A stretch of 64,000 nucleotides of DNA from an uncultured Planctomycetota bacterium. GTDB lineage: Bacteria > Planctomycetota > Planctomycetia > Isosphaerales > Isosphaeraceae. This document shows positions 1-11,456 of this stretch, piece after piece. The notes under the pieces are model-generated. The model was not told where the DNA came from. It did no database searches and worked only from the letters and a program-made list of their open reading frames with translations. Every line of letters begins with the position of its first letter. Positions within the stretch are counted from its first letter, which is position 1. A program made the position numbers and the translations under genes. The stretch is taken from contig CAWGMQ010000004.1 of assembly GCA_963823665.1 (NCBI GenBank), forward strand, positions 2,944,001-3,008,000. The letters run 5' to 3'.

Positions 1-372
1 TCCTCGGTGCGCGATCGCGGATGTCATGGCCAGCAACCGCGACGCGGGGAATTCGCGCCTACCTCGTAAATCGATTGCACCGGCAATTCCGCACATAAGG
101 CTGATCTCTCCACCGGGCCAGAGTCACGCGGCGTCCACCGCAACCGGCGGAGCCCCTCGACCTGAATGCGCCGGTCAACTATACCACGGCCGGCCAGCCA
201 ACCACGAGCGCCGATTGGGCCAGACCCGCGGGGCATTCGACGTATGGCAAGGTAGGGATGGACTTTGTGTGCAGCGACAGGGCCGGCTGCGTGCGGGGTG
301 AAAATGAGATGATTATCCTACGGGTAGTGGCAGGGTTACTTTGACTCGGCTTGTTCGGGGCAGAAACGGCTC

Positions 373-400
373 TGAACAGAAGGGAACGAAGGTAACAAAG
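373..400 (+). repeat. Dispersed repeat TGAACAGAAGGNAACGAAGGTAACRAAG
   Basis: Close copies at 373-400, 5076-5103 and 50484-50511; related inverted pair at 12921-12948/13010-13038. Confidence 0.7.
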
Positions 401-554
401 AAGAGTGAGGTGCCCCACGGGACTTTGGAGCTGACGAGTCAATGCGTGGGAGAGGAATGCGGAATGAGGATGAGTTTCGAGGGTGAGCGGAATTTGGGTC
501 GGATTTCCCGATCAGTCGACGGATATGACGCGAAGCGCCGTGTGACGTTCGACA

Positions 555-3500
555 CTACACCCGAACGCGCGCAATCATGCGCGCGAGCCGCGCCAGCTCG
601 CGTCTGGGCCCCGGGTCGTTGGGCAGCAGGCGGGCCGCTTGCTCACACGCGTCCCTCGCCTCCGTCAGCCGGTCGCCATCGGTAAGGGCGTAGCTCAGGT
701 TGAAAAAAGTCGGGCCATAATTCGGCCGGTACCGCAGCGACTGGCGATACACCACGACCGCTTCCTCGTGGCGGCAGTTCCTCATGAGGACCACGCCCAG
801 ACTGTGGTACGCCGTGGCGTCGATGGGGTCACGTGCTAACAACGCCCGAAGCGCCTGTTCGCCTTCCTCGTCCGTTCCGTGATGGAAGAAGAAATCGCCG
901 CTCTCTCGTACCGTCCCAAGGTCGCCGGGATATTCCGCAAGAGCAGTTTCCAGCGCGCGCGCGCCTCGGCCAACTGCTGCTTGGCCCGCTCCACACGACT
1001 CTTCAGCAAATGCCCCTCAACGCGAACGTGTGGGTCCGTCAGCAGCTCGTCCGCCAATTGGCCCGCATCCACCAGCCGTTGCTGCTGAATCAGATTCTCG
1101 CCCAGCTCGCGCCAGGCCAAGCGATAACGCGGCACCTCGCGAACGACCGCACGCCACTGACGCTCGGCCCCAGGCAGATCACCCAACGCCTTCAGGAGCA
1201 CGGCGAGATTCCGGCGGGCCAGGTAGCCCTTCATGCCCAAATTGAGGCTCGAAAACTGGAATTCGCCGCTTGCCCCGTCTTCGAGCAGAGCCACGTATGC
1301 GTCGCGGGCCTCGGCGAGTCGGCCCAGGTCTTGCAATGCACCCGCTTCGCGGAACCGAAGCTCCACGTCGTGCGGCTGAAACTTCAGGCCCTGCCGGCAG
1401 GCCGCGAGAGCTTCCTCACGCCGCCCTTGCTGCATCTCGGCCAACGCCAACAACGCAAAAGCCTTCTTCACGTGGGAATGATGAGGCGGGGAGACCGCGA
1501 GGCTGCGGCGGAGGTAGTCAGCCGCATCCGCGGGACGGTTCAGGTGAAGCTGCGTCATCCCCAGGTTGAACAACGTAAAAGGATGTTCAGGCCGCTCGGC
1601 CAGCTCAAGCGACAGCAGCCGCATATCGCGCTCGAGCTTCCTCGCCTGCCCGGCGGGGCTTCGATCGGACCCGGAATGAACGACGTGCAGCTTGGTCGCG
1701 GCGATGCCGCCGTTGATCCTGTTGATCGCGGTCAGAATCTGCTCGTGCATCCGCCCGTCAAACCGCAATTCCGGCAGGTTGCGAAACAGCTTGACATGAT
1801 CAACCGCTTCCAAGCCGATCCCAGCCTGCTCGTCCTCCAGGGAACCCAGGCAATGCACCTGCATGACATACGCGACGATGCTCGGATCATTCTGATGCTC
1901 GACTAAATGCCGCAGCCCGTGGCCGCATTCAGCCGGGATGGTGTCGTCCGAATCCATCCAGAACAGCCAATCACCGGTCGCATGGCGCAGCGACTCATTG
2001 CGCGCGGCCGAGAAATCATCGCACCACGGAAAGTGGTAAAGCTTGGCGCCGAAGGATTCCACAATTCGCGGCGTCTCGTCGACCGAGCCGGTGTCGACAA
2101 CGATCATCTCATCAACCCACGGCCGGATGCTCTCGAGGCAGGGACCAATCGTCCGGGCGTTGTCTCGCACGATCATGCAGAGCGAAATGCGCGGCCGCGC
2201 CAAATCCAGCCGCAACCGCAGGCCGCCCTCGGGCGCGATGTCCACTGCGAACGGCCCCGGCCCGGCCCGAGCCGGCGCGATTTCAACCCTCGCCCGGCTT
2301 GCCGGGAGAGGGTGGCCGAAGGCCGGGTGAGGGTCCGGGCCATAGCCGTTGTGTCCATTGCCGTTGCCCGACCACTTAGCAATGAATCGTGCGTGGTTCT
2401 CGCGCATGAGCGACCCGGCGTCGACGCCGCTGCCCAAGAATGTGCGACTTCCAAAGTGATGTACGAAAGCGTCGCCGGCGATCACCGCCCGATACCCCGC
2501 CGCAATCGCCCGCAAACAGTAATCATCATCCTCAAAGCACCCGATTCCAAACTGCTCATCCAGCAACCCGATCGCGTCGATCAATTCACGCGTGATCAAC
2601 AAGCAGAACCCCACCAGGCGGCTCACATCGACAATCGCCCCGTTCTGAGCCTTGCCGAAATCCCACGCAAACCCATCCATCTCGGCAATGTTGTCGTACC
2701 CGACTTCAATCTGCTGCGGCCCGCTCACGAAGTTCGATCGCGGTCCGACCAACCCGATGTCGGCGTCGCCGCCCCGAAGTGCGCGGAGCATGCGGCCGAG
2801 CCAGCCTGTTGTCACCACCAGATCGTTGTTGAGCAGCAGCACCTGCTTGCCGGCCGCAACGCTCATCCCCTGATTGGCCGCCGCTGGGAAGCCGCGGTTC
2901 GACTGATTCTCGATCAACCGCACGTCGGTCATCGCCCGCAGGTATTCGACACTCCCATCGGTCGAGCCGTTGTCGACAACGATGATCTCGTACGGCTCAT
3001 CGGTCACGAGCCGGATGCTATCCAGGCATTGCCGTGTAAACCCAATCTCGTTGTAAGTGACGATCACGATTGAGGTCAGCCCAAAATCCGGCGCCGGCAA
3101 TGGTCGTGCGCGCACCAAGAACTGATACGTGTAAAACTCATCAGTGTCGCTCTGAGAGAGTCCGCTGATGGAAAGGCCGCCGAGCTGGACGGAACCGCCG
3201 GCGCCGTTTCGCTGCGCGGGGTCGTCACCCGGGCTATTCACCGACCACATTCCTTCGACGGAAAACCCAGCGCGGTGAAAAAGCTTCTCGATCTCGCGGC
3301 GAGTGAAGAATCGGAGATGGGTCCGATCGAGCAGCCCGGCCGATTCATACGTCCAGTTGCCTTGCAGCAGTGACTGAACCACACTGTGATGCCGCACGTT
3401 GGGAATGCTCGCGACCAGGCACCCGTCAGGCGCGAGCCACTCGCGTATCTGCTTCAGCACCCGCGCCGGCTCGCGCAGGTGCTCGAGGACATCGGCGCAG

Positions 3501-4732
3501 ACGATCGCATCGAACGATCCGGGCGGGATCTCGAGATCAAGCTCCTCGATATCGCCAGCCCACAGATGGTCAAGCCGCTCGCGCGCAGCAGCGGCAGCTT
3601 GCATATCAAGCTCAATGCCCGAGACAGTTGCCTGCTGCCGCTGTTTGATCGCCTCGCCGAGCATTCCCGCGCCGCAGCCGATATCGAGCACACGCCGCGC
3701 AGTCTGGGGCACAAGCGCCACGACCTCGGGCCGGGGATACCCAAAATAAAACGGATCAGGACATGCGTTCCCGTAGGGTGGGTGCAACCCACCATCCGAC
3801 GCCAAAACCGCCCGCTCCACGCTGATGGCTTCCGCCCCTTCCGCGTGGGTTGCGCCTCCGCTCCACCCACCCTACAGGAACCGCACTCTTCGAACGTGCT
3901 TCCTCCGCTTGCCGCAGGATCGTTTCCATCCGATGGGCATAAGTGTGCTTCGCAATCGCCTCGGCCCGCCCCGCGGCGGCGAGCCGCTCGCGCAAGGCCT
4001 CGCGTTCGAGATAGAACGCCAACTTGTCGAGCAGATCATCGCCATCGCGGTAAGTCGCAAGGTGCACGCCATCCCGGAACAGCTCGGCCAGGCCGTTGTC
4101 GCTCAGGTCGTTGGTCAGGAGCATTGAATCGCAGGCGACAGCCTCGAACACGCGCATATTCACGTATTGCGAATGCTGCGATTGAACACGATGCGTGCGG
4201 CCGAATACGTGCGTGCCATCTCATCGAAGTAGCATTGGCCGATGAACGAGTTCCGGTATCGGCGTTGGATCAACCCCAGCAATTCGCCTCGCGGCCCCGG
4301 GAAGACATTTCCGACGAACGCGATGTCGTATTGCTTGGGCACATCGTCGTGTTTGCGATGAACACCGGGATCACAAGCCAGCGGCAGCCACGAAGCCGAT
4401 TGGACGCCGATGCCGCGGAGTAGATCGACCCCGTCGCGCTGGGCGGCAAACACCATGTCGAACCGGGGTGCCTTTTCGCGGCAGCGGTCAAAATCAAGGT
4501 GCGTATCGATCGCCCAGAATGCGCTCGGGCGGCAATCCGCGGGCAGGTGGTAGCGCAGTCCGTCATCGATATTCAGGTAGAGGTCGAAGCCGGTACGAGG
4601 CATGCGATCGAGCTCGTGAGGTTGAAAATGCTGGACCTCGACGAAGCGCTCGAGTGCTCGTTGACAATAAACGCCGGCCGTTTCGGGCCGCAGGGTGGTA
4701 TCAAAGACGATGGCGACGCGTTGGATGTCCAT
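555..4732 (-). CDS. Giant multidomain glycosyltransferase: CgeB/GT1-like domain + SAM methyltransferase + two GT2 domains + TPR repeats (frameshifted, 4 ORF pieces)
   Basis: Pieces 4160-4732 (MDIQRVAIVF..FNRSIRN), 3756-4163 (NMRVFEAVAC), 836-3820 (LDIGCGAG SAM motif; SIVIVTYN..DNGSTD; SLCMIVRD..DTGSVD..DDFSAARN; TPRs) and 555-842 (TPR) abut in different frames. Confidence 0.8.
2287..2333. repeat. CCCTC(T/G)CCC..GGGAGAGGG-type palindromic repeat inside the GT coding sequence
   Basis: ccctcgcccggcttgccgggagagggtggccgaaggccgggtgaggg, translated as PHPAFGHPLPASRAR between the two GT2 domains. Confidence 0.7.
3773..3875. repeat. Inverted pair of GTAG-type REP palindromes (REPIN-like) inside the GT coding sequence
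   Basis: GTAGGGTGGGTGCAACCCACC at 3773-3793 and GTGGGTTGCGCCTCCGCTCCACCCACCCTAC at 3845-3875. Confidence 0.8.
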
Positions 4733-5157
4733 GGTTGTTGTCCGGGTGCGTGGGCCGCAGATCGAAGTTGTATGGTGTTGGCACGAACCGAAGCTACAAA
4801 TACGGGTAGCCACTGTTTGCAGAGCGAGAGCGATTGTGGAGCGGGCAAGATGCGATCCGGGACTGAGAGCAAATGAAATGCACCTCGCCACGGGTGGAAC
4901 ACTGATCGAACGCGGATGGGAATGGTAGTCGGGACGAGCTGTGGGAGTTGGAACCACAGACCTGGCCCGGTGGCTCGGTCGTATGGCGGTCACAGGATGG
5001 TGAGGCACTGGGAATTCGCGCCGCTACTCTGAGCCGGAGACTCGGGACGGCTGTGCCCGGCGAATTCACTGATTCTGAACAGGAGGTAACGAAGGTAACA
5101 AAGTCGCGACACGTGACACAGGAGAGGAGGAAGAGGCCCATGCTTTGAAACCTTTCG

Positions 5158-6952
5158 CTATCTCACCAGCTCTCTCAGCAGTGGCCGCCAGTATCGCTTG
5201 ATGACATCGGGCCACATGAAGTCTTCTTCAAATCGCCTGCGCCCGGCCAGGCCCAGGGTATTCCGAAGCTGAGGCTCATCCAGCAATCGCCCAATCTTCT
5301 CCGCCAGATCAAACGCATTTTCCGGCTCAAACAGCAGCCCAGTGAGCCCATCACTCACCGTATACGGCAACCCCCCAATCCGGCTGGCAATGACAGGTTT
5401 GCCCGCCGCCATGGCTTCGACCGAAGTAATGCTCAGCGCATCCTGAGCAATCGTCGGCACCAAACAAATATCCGCGGCCCGATAATGCGCGGGCAGTTCA
5501 TCCTGCGAGCACCAGCCGACTGAGCGGGTAAACTCATCGATCGGCCCGGGCGGGTCGAACGTGACCACGAGCTCGAAGTCCGTGCGCGTCTCGCGCAGAA
5601 TCCGGCAAGCCTCCTGCGCGACATGAAAGCCCTTGATGACCTCACCCGCGACGGCTGCCATGAACAATCTGATTGGTCGGTTCGGCACCACCGCGTCTCC
5701 GGGAGGGCGAGACTCGTGCCGAGCTGCGCATGCGTCGCCGGCGGCTCCGTCTACCAAGCCACTGACAACTGACAACTGGCCACTGACACCGGGCGAAGCG
5801 AAACGCGCGGGATCAATCCCCCAAGGCACAATGCAAACACGCCGGGCGAACGGCTCGAGCAGTGCGGCTGTGATCGGATTGAGCACGAGCACGGCCTCGG
5901 CCTCGAAGAACATCTGGCGCATGAGGCGGTCGTATTCCGGCGTGCCGACTTCAGCGAGGGCGCGTTCCACCTGGTGCAGCGCCCCGGAATGCTGCCCGCG
6001 TTCGGCGAGGCACTGGTGGCATACGTGCGGAGTCGCGAGCTGATTCCTGGGGCATTGCTCGGCTTTCACGGGCCCGATGCCGAGCAGTCTCAGGTTGTTG
6101 AGCGGGCAAAGGCATTCCTGTGCCTGCATCAGCAGGACCGTCGGAAAACCGCGCATGGCCTCCGCAAGGTGCGGCTTCAAGTTCCATGTGTCGGAGATCA
6201 CGACGTAGTCTGGGGCGAACGAGTTCACTGCGTCGCGAAAGCGCTGGCGGATCGCGGGCACGTTCCACTCGGTTTCGGCGAATGCAAGTGCCTCGCTGGC
6301 GACCAGGTCGTCGCGTGTGACCCGGCCGATGCCCCACGGCTCAAACTGGGCATAGAAATGCCGCACGTCGAATCCGTCTCGGGCGAGGAATTCGGCCAGG
6401 CCGGCCGTATGCATGTTCCCGCCGCCAGTCGACGGCCAGTTAAACAGCAAGCTGAGGACGGCGACGCGCACGGGCGCGGCTCGCGCGGCTCCGGCGCCGC
6501 CGCGCCGTCCTCCTCATTCGGATTTCGATTTTCGAGCTTCGAATTTCCGAGCCCGGGCGACCAGCTCATTTCCGCGCGAACAAGCCCGAAATTCAGCCGG
6601 GCAGGCAGACACCCCCCATCCGCTTCAACAACCCCTCGCCATTGCTCGCAAGCCTCCTCAAACTTCCCCTCCATCGCGTCAAGAACCGCGAGATCATTTT
6701 GAACGAGAACCTCGAAGCCGCGGGTTCGTGCCCCTCGCAAACCCGCGCGCCAGCCGCAGATAGGCGGCCCGAGCGTCCTCATATCGCCCCTCGCGCCAGG
6801 TCACAAGCCTTCCAATACCCACCCGGCAGCCCGTTTCGAGCACCCGCCCCGCCGTCCCCGTTTCGAATTTCGACATTTGAGTTTCGAGTTTCCGCCCGCG
6901 GCTCCTTCGCCTTCTTCTCACCGCGTCCGGAAGTCTTCCCGTGCCTGGCCAT
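5158..6952 (-). CDS. TPR + GT4-family glycosyltransferase (frameshifted N-terminus)
   Basis: GT4 motifs IKGFH and EAMAAGKPVIASRIGG; upstream TPR-like pieces in 6225-6782 and 6694-7014; AAGGAG RBS before ATG at 6952. Confidence 0.8.
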
Positions 6953-7199
6953 AGCCGCAGCTCCTTACGGAAGAAAAACCGCGATCTATCCGTGCTTGTC
7001 AGGTTCCGATCCATCTCTGGAATTGCCGATCGGTGGCTTCGACCCCTGTTTCATCCTTTTCATCTGCGTCCATCTGTGACATCTGCGGACAGTTCCGCTC
7101 TCCCCTTCTGCCTCAGCCCTCCGGTCACCGCACATCGACTGCGTGCATCTGTGGACCGTCGATCCTCTCCGAAACTTCTCACCCAGAGCCATTCTGTAG

Positions 7200-7561
7200 A
7201 TCGGGCCACTTCGCCAGCGCATCCTTGAGCACCCGATTGCCAGCGCTGGGCAATGCAGCTTATCCGGCGGCATACCATCAAGCGCCTCAATCAGATCATC
7301 GACCGTAAGCTCCCTGCACTCCGCGATCGATTTCCCTTTGATCATCTCCGTCAGCATCGACCCACTCGCGATGGTCGGCCCGCAGCCGACCGTGTGATAC
7401 TTGGCGGAGGCGATTCTGTCGTCTTCAATTTTCAGGTAGAGGATCATGAACGCCCCTCGACCTGGCGCGCCAGCATGGCCGGTCAGGTCGGGGCTTTCGA
7501 TCGACCCGCCGTTCCGCGGCGCCATGACGTGCTCGGTCAGTGTTTCGGAGTACTTTCCCAT
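7200..7561 (-). CDS. IscU/NifU-N-like Fe-S scaffold protein, atypical; 3' end approximate
   Basis: YSETLTEHVMAPRNGG..GCGPTIASGS..LDGMPPDKLHCPALA; probable frameshift near 7230. Confidence 0.8.
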
Positions 7562-7672
7562 GTTTGAAACTCACGCACCGCGACTCTTGAACCCAGGCCT
7601 TGTCGAATTATGTTGAAAAGACGTCTGACTGCCTGAACGGCCAGTGCACCGCCGGCGCCGGCAGAGCCGTCC

Positions 7673-7945
7673 TCAGCCCTCTGGGTGCTCGCGGCACAGG
7701 TAGAGATACACAGGCTGGCCGTATTTGACTGCCGGCCGCAGCTCGCCGGTCTGGGGATCTGGCTCGACCACGAGATACCGCACGGGGTTGTCCCGGAACG
7801 GCTCGGTCGTACCGTCCGGTTGTGTGACGACGTACAGACCCCTGGTACGGTCGTGGGCGAAAGAAAAATGCCGGGGAGTTTTCGAATCTCGTAGGAGTAG
7901 GTGACCACTCCGGGTGTGCCCTCGTAACAGACAGGACCCGGCCAT
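7673..7945 (-). CDS. Small hypothetical protein
   Basis: 90-aa ORF with ordinary composition, co-oriented with the iscU-like gene. Confidence 0.45.
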   Translation of the reverse strand: MAGSCLLRGHTRSGHLLLRDSKTPRHFSFAHDRTRGLYVVTQPDGTTEPFRDNPVRYLVVEPDPQTGELRPAVKYGQPVYLYLCREHPEG

Positions 7946-8137
7946 CTCGCTGGCGCGTCGGCCCCGCCTGGTTCGCTGGGCCGACGGGCTTCGGCGTCAA
8001 ATTCGGAATTCACTGCGGGCACCTCCAAAGAAACGAGCCGACGGCGCGAGTGTGAAAACGAAACGTCGTTGTAACACGCTTCTCGAGGCATGCCATCACG
8101 AGCGTTTGTCGGAGAACTGCAGGATTCCGGCAATACC

Positions 8138-8288
8138 AATCGCGTCCCAGTTTCCGTCCCACGGCGCACACTAATCGCGTCCCAGTTTCCGTCCCGCGCA
8201 GTTTCCGTCCCCCAGTTTCCGTCCCAGAACTGAAGGCTTCCGCTAATCGCGTCCCAGTTTCCGTCCCCCGCGTCCCGGTTTCCGTCCC
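8138..8288. repeat. Cluster of six GTTTCCGTCCC direct repeats
   Basis: Copies end at 8160, 8195, 8211, 8225, 8267 and 8288; three are extended to AATCGCGTCCCAGTTTCCGTCCC. Confidence 0.85.
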
Positions 8289-8448
8289 ATCGTGTGATGG
8301 CGTGAGACTGGCGAGCACCGGGGAGATCGAGAAGATCTGAGCGACCGATCGGCTCTGTTCCGTCTCCAGGTTTTGTTGGAAGAGGTTAGCCAACCCGCCG
8401 GCTGCCGGCGCTTGCAATGCCTGCACTCGTTCGTCCTGGAAGCGATTG

Positions 8449-8988
8449 TCACGGGTGTTTGGCTCGCGAAACGGTGTATGCCACGGCGGAGACGTCTGGA
8501 AGTTGGACGGGTCTGTCGCGCGATCGCGAGTACAGGGTCACCGGTGCTTGTGCTCTGCGCACCCTGAGAATTACGTGCCCACCTGCTCGCGGAATGTTGA
8601 GTTCATTGCTCGGAGAGTGCGAAACGAGGATAGAAAGCTCCTGCCGGCCGAGCGTGCCGCGGAGACACTCGTCGACGCGCAGCTTTACGTACCAACCAGG
8701 ACGCAGCGTAACCTCCGATGTAGACGTAGCGTCAATTAACTCTCCGCCGGTGACAGGCCCATTTTCTATCACCGTCGCGCGAATGACCACGTCGAGATTC
8801 ACACTCTCGTCGGAGCTCGTTAGGGCTGCGACCGTTTTCGGCGCGGGTCTACCGGATTCGCTCGGCTTCCCGATGGCGAGAGCCGGTCGGCCGCGTTCGC
8901 TACGCCTCGATTTGGGCCCAACGCAAATCACAGCGAGAATTGCGAAACCCAAACAAACAATGACAATGCCTACATGAAACCTCTTCAT
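8449..8988 (-). CDS. Hypothetical exported/membrane-anchored protein, possible immunity protein
   Basis: MKRFHVGIVIVCLGFAILAVIC hydrophobic N-terminus; lies just downstream of the putative toxin remnant. Confidence 0.5.
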   Translation of the reverse strand: MKRFHVGIVIVCLGFAILAVICVGPKSRRSERGRPALAIGKPSESGRPAPKTVAALTSSDESVNLDVVIRATVIENGPVTGGELIDATSTSEVTLRPGWYVKLRVDECLRGTLGRQELSILVSHSPSNELNIPRAGGHVILRVRRAQAPVTLYSRSRDRPVQLPDVSAVAYTVSRAKHP

Positions 8989-9115
8989 GCTTCGACCACC
9001 GGTTGGGGTACGTGAGACCCACGCAGCACTCGACACTCGACGCGCTACCGACATCTCGGCCGGACTCTATATTTTGGCAAATCCCGTCGCGGGCGCACAC
9101 CTCTCGTCGCATCTT

Positions 9116-9300
9116 TCACAGGTTATTCCAGAAGCACTTAGTCGCAACTCCTAGCAAGAATAGATCGTACGCATCGGCAATGACGTTCGCAACATATTCA
9201 CTTCTGCAGCGGCAATCATAAAATTCCGCTACGTCATCATCGTTTCCGCACGCATTTGCATTGTATGTAAGGTGAGTGTCCTCATGGACTGCGTCCGCAC
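9116..9300 (-). pseudogene. 3' remnant of a Cys-rich HExxH protein, putative Rhs toxin tip
   Basis: ADAVHEDTHLTY..CRCRSEYVAN, visibly lower GC, cut exactly at the IS66 end. Confidence 0.45.
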
Positions 9301-9461
9301 GTAACCGTCCGGTGGAGTACACGCGGCTAAATGCGCGCGGCCGGCGCACGACTTGCTTCGCGCGCCTGGGAGCTCGGGGCCGATCACCGAGGGCATCCAG
9401 GCCCGCTCGACCGCCGGCCGCACCAGCACGCGCGCAAGCTCTCTGCTCGTGACCAGCGCGG

Positions 9462-11052
9462 TCACTCCACCGGCTTCGTCTCCGCTGCCACCCGTTCTTT
9501 CTTCCACTGATCCGGCAGCAACTCTCTGATTCGCCGCGCGGGGTGCGTGCTGATCCGCTCCAGCACGTCACGCAGATAGGCAAACGCATCCACCCCCACG
9601 TTCTTGCACGTCATGCACAAGCTCATCAGCGTCGCCGCCGTCTTGCCGCCGGCGTCACTCCCGGCGAATAACCAATTCTTTCGACCGAGTGCCACCGGCT
9701 TCATCCCGCGCTCGCTGGCGTTATTGTCGATCGACAGCCAACCCGCCTCGGTGAATCTCTCGAGCGCCTGCCAGTGATTCAAGGCATACCCGATCGCTTC
9801 GCCGATCGGACTCTTGGGCAATACGCGACTCTTTTCCTGTAACAACCAAGCGTGGATCTCATTCAAGATCGGCTTCGAACGCTCCTGGCGCAATGCCCCG
9901 CGCACCGCGTCGTCCTGATCCTTGGTGTCCTTCTCCACCTTGTACAACTGCTGAATCATGGCCATCGCCACGTGCGCCCTTACCGCGTCGCTCGACTTGG
10001 ACTCGTGGAACTTCCGCCGCGCAGTGCGCCCAGCACCCCACTTCGATGATCTTCTTCCCGGCGTAGATCGCGTCGTAGGCCGAATACGCGTCGGCTTGAA
10101 GGTAGCCTTCATAACCATCGAGCATCCGCTGCGGTCCCTCGCCGCTGCGATCCGGCGTGTAGTCGTACACCACGTGGGGATGATCGCGATCCCCCAGGTA
10201 GTCCCAGAGCCGGCCTGTCCGCGTCTTCCCCAAACTCCGGTCCAGAACGGGTACTGGCGTGTCGTCAGTCTGAATGACCCGCGATTTGAGGATCTCGCAG
10301 TGCATCTCCGCGACGATCGGTTCCAACAATTCGGCAGAGACCGCCATCCAATCGCACATCGTCTGACGAGACAGCTCCACGCCGTGACGGCGGAAGATTC
10401 CTTCCTGCCGATAAAGCGGCAAATGGTCGGCGTACTTGCTGACGATCACCTGGGCCATGAGCCCTGGGCCAGGCAAACCTTTCTCGATCGGCTCAGGAAG
10501 TCGTTCGGCAATGATCACGTTGGCCTGGCATGCCTTGCACGCGTACTTGGGCCGCACATGCTCGACCACAATCAAGCTGGCCTGAACAAATTCAAGCTGC
10601 TCGCGAACCTCCTCGCCAATGCCGGTGCGGATGACGCCGCAGTCGGGGCACGGGAGTAGTTCGGGGAGAACGTCGTGGACCTTGCGCCGGCGCTCGAGGC
10701 TCCTGGGCAGCGGCTTACGACCGTGCCCGTTCTTCTTGGTTGGTTCCGCTTGGCCAACCGACTCGGTTGTCTTCGCGTCGGCAGCCGGTGGGGCCGCAGC
10801 GGGGTCGACTCCGGTTGCTTCCAAGATCTCGCGGGCGAAAAGGAGGAGTTGGTTGGGGTCGAGCTTTTCGGTCCTGGGGCCGTAGATCCGCCGCAGGAGC
10901 TTTTCGAGCTGATGCTGGAGGTGCTCGTTCAGGACGGTCTGCTGGCGCAGCGTCTCCAAGAGCTCGCGGATGAGCTGATGGGCGGTTTCCAGATCGGTGG
11001 GGAGTGAATCGGCCGCCGTCGTCATACCGTTATTACGGTCGACCGCCGTCAA
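9462..11052 (-). CDS. tnpC: IS66 transposase TnpC (frameshift near 10020)
   Basis: CPDCG, RPKYACKAC, KYADHLPLYRQ, QTDDTP, LQADAY, CWAH, IDNNASER, GRKNWLF. Confidence 0.95.
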
Positions 11053-11075
11053 TGTGACGAGAGATTCTCAGAAGA

Positions 11076-11456
11076 TTATACGAGTGCATCTGCCTGCGAG
11101 ATGGGGATGGGCGCCGGCAAAGTGTAGCGTCGCTGGCGGCCCGCGGTGCGTAAATCGATGCCGGCGAGGATGGCAGCCATCTCGGCCGGCGAGACTTCGA
11201 TGCGGTTCGCCGTGGGTTGAGGGAAGCGGAAGACGCCTCGCTCGAGCCGCTTGTACCAGAGCGCGTAGCCATCGCGGTCCCAGTAGAGGATCTTGAGGCG
11301 ATCGCCCCGCCGATTGCGAAAGACGAAGAGATGGCCGCAGAGGGGATCCAAGCCGATGGTCGAAGAGGTGAGGGCAGCGAGGCCGTCGAATCCCTTCCGG
11401 AGATCCGCTGGCCCAACGGCCAAGAAAATGCGGACTGTGGGTGGGAAGTTGATCAC
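11076..11456 (-). CDS. tnpB: IS66 accessory protein TnpB
   Basis: DLRKGFDGL..LFVFRNRRGDRLKILYWD..G..LWYKRLERG. Confidence 0.95.
   Translation of the reverse strand: MINFPPTVRIFLAVGPADLRKGFDGLAALTSSTIGLDPLCGHLFVFRNRRGDRLKILYWDRDGYALWYKRLERGVFRFPQPTANRIEVSPAEMAAILAGIDLRTAGRQRRYTLPAPIPISQADALV

Noticed and set aside
1..340. ORFs at the left edge
   Set aside because: No recognisable motif and the frame cannot be determined
833..3073. Long plus-strand ORFs (also 23497-24945, 34855-36243, 41645-43423)
   Set aside because: Antisense shadows of well-supported genes in high-GC DNA
8138..8288. CRISPR or iteron origin
   Set aside because: Irregular very short spacers; no cas or rep gene
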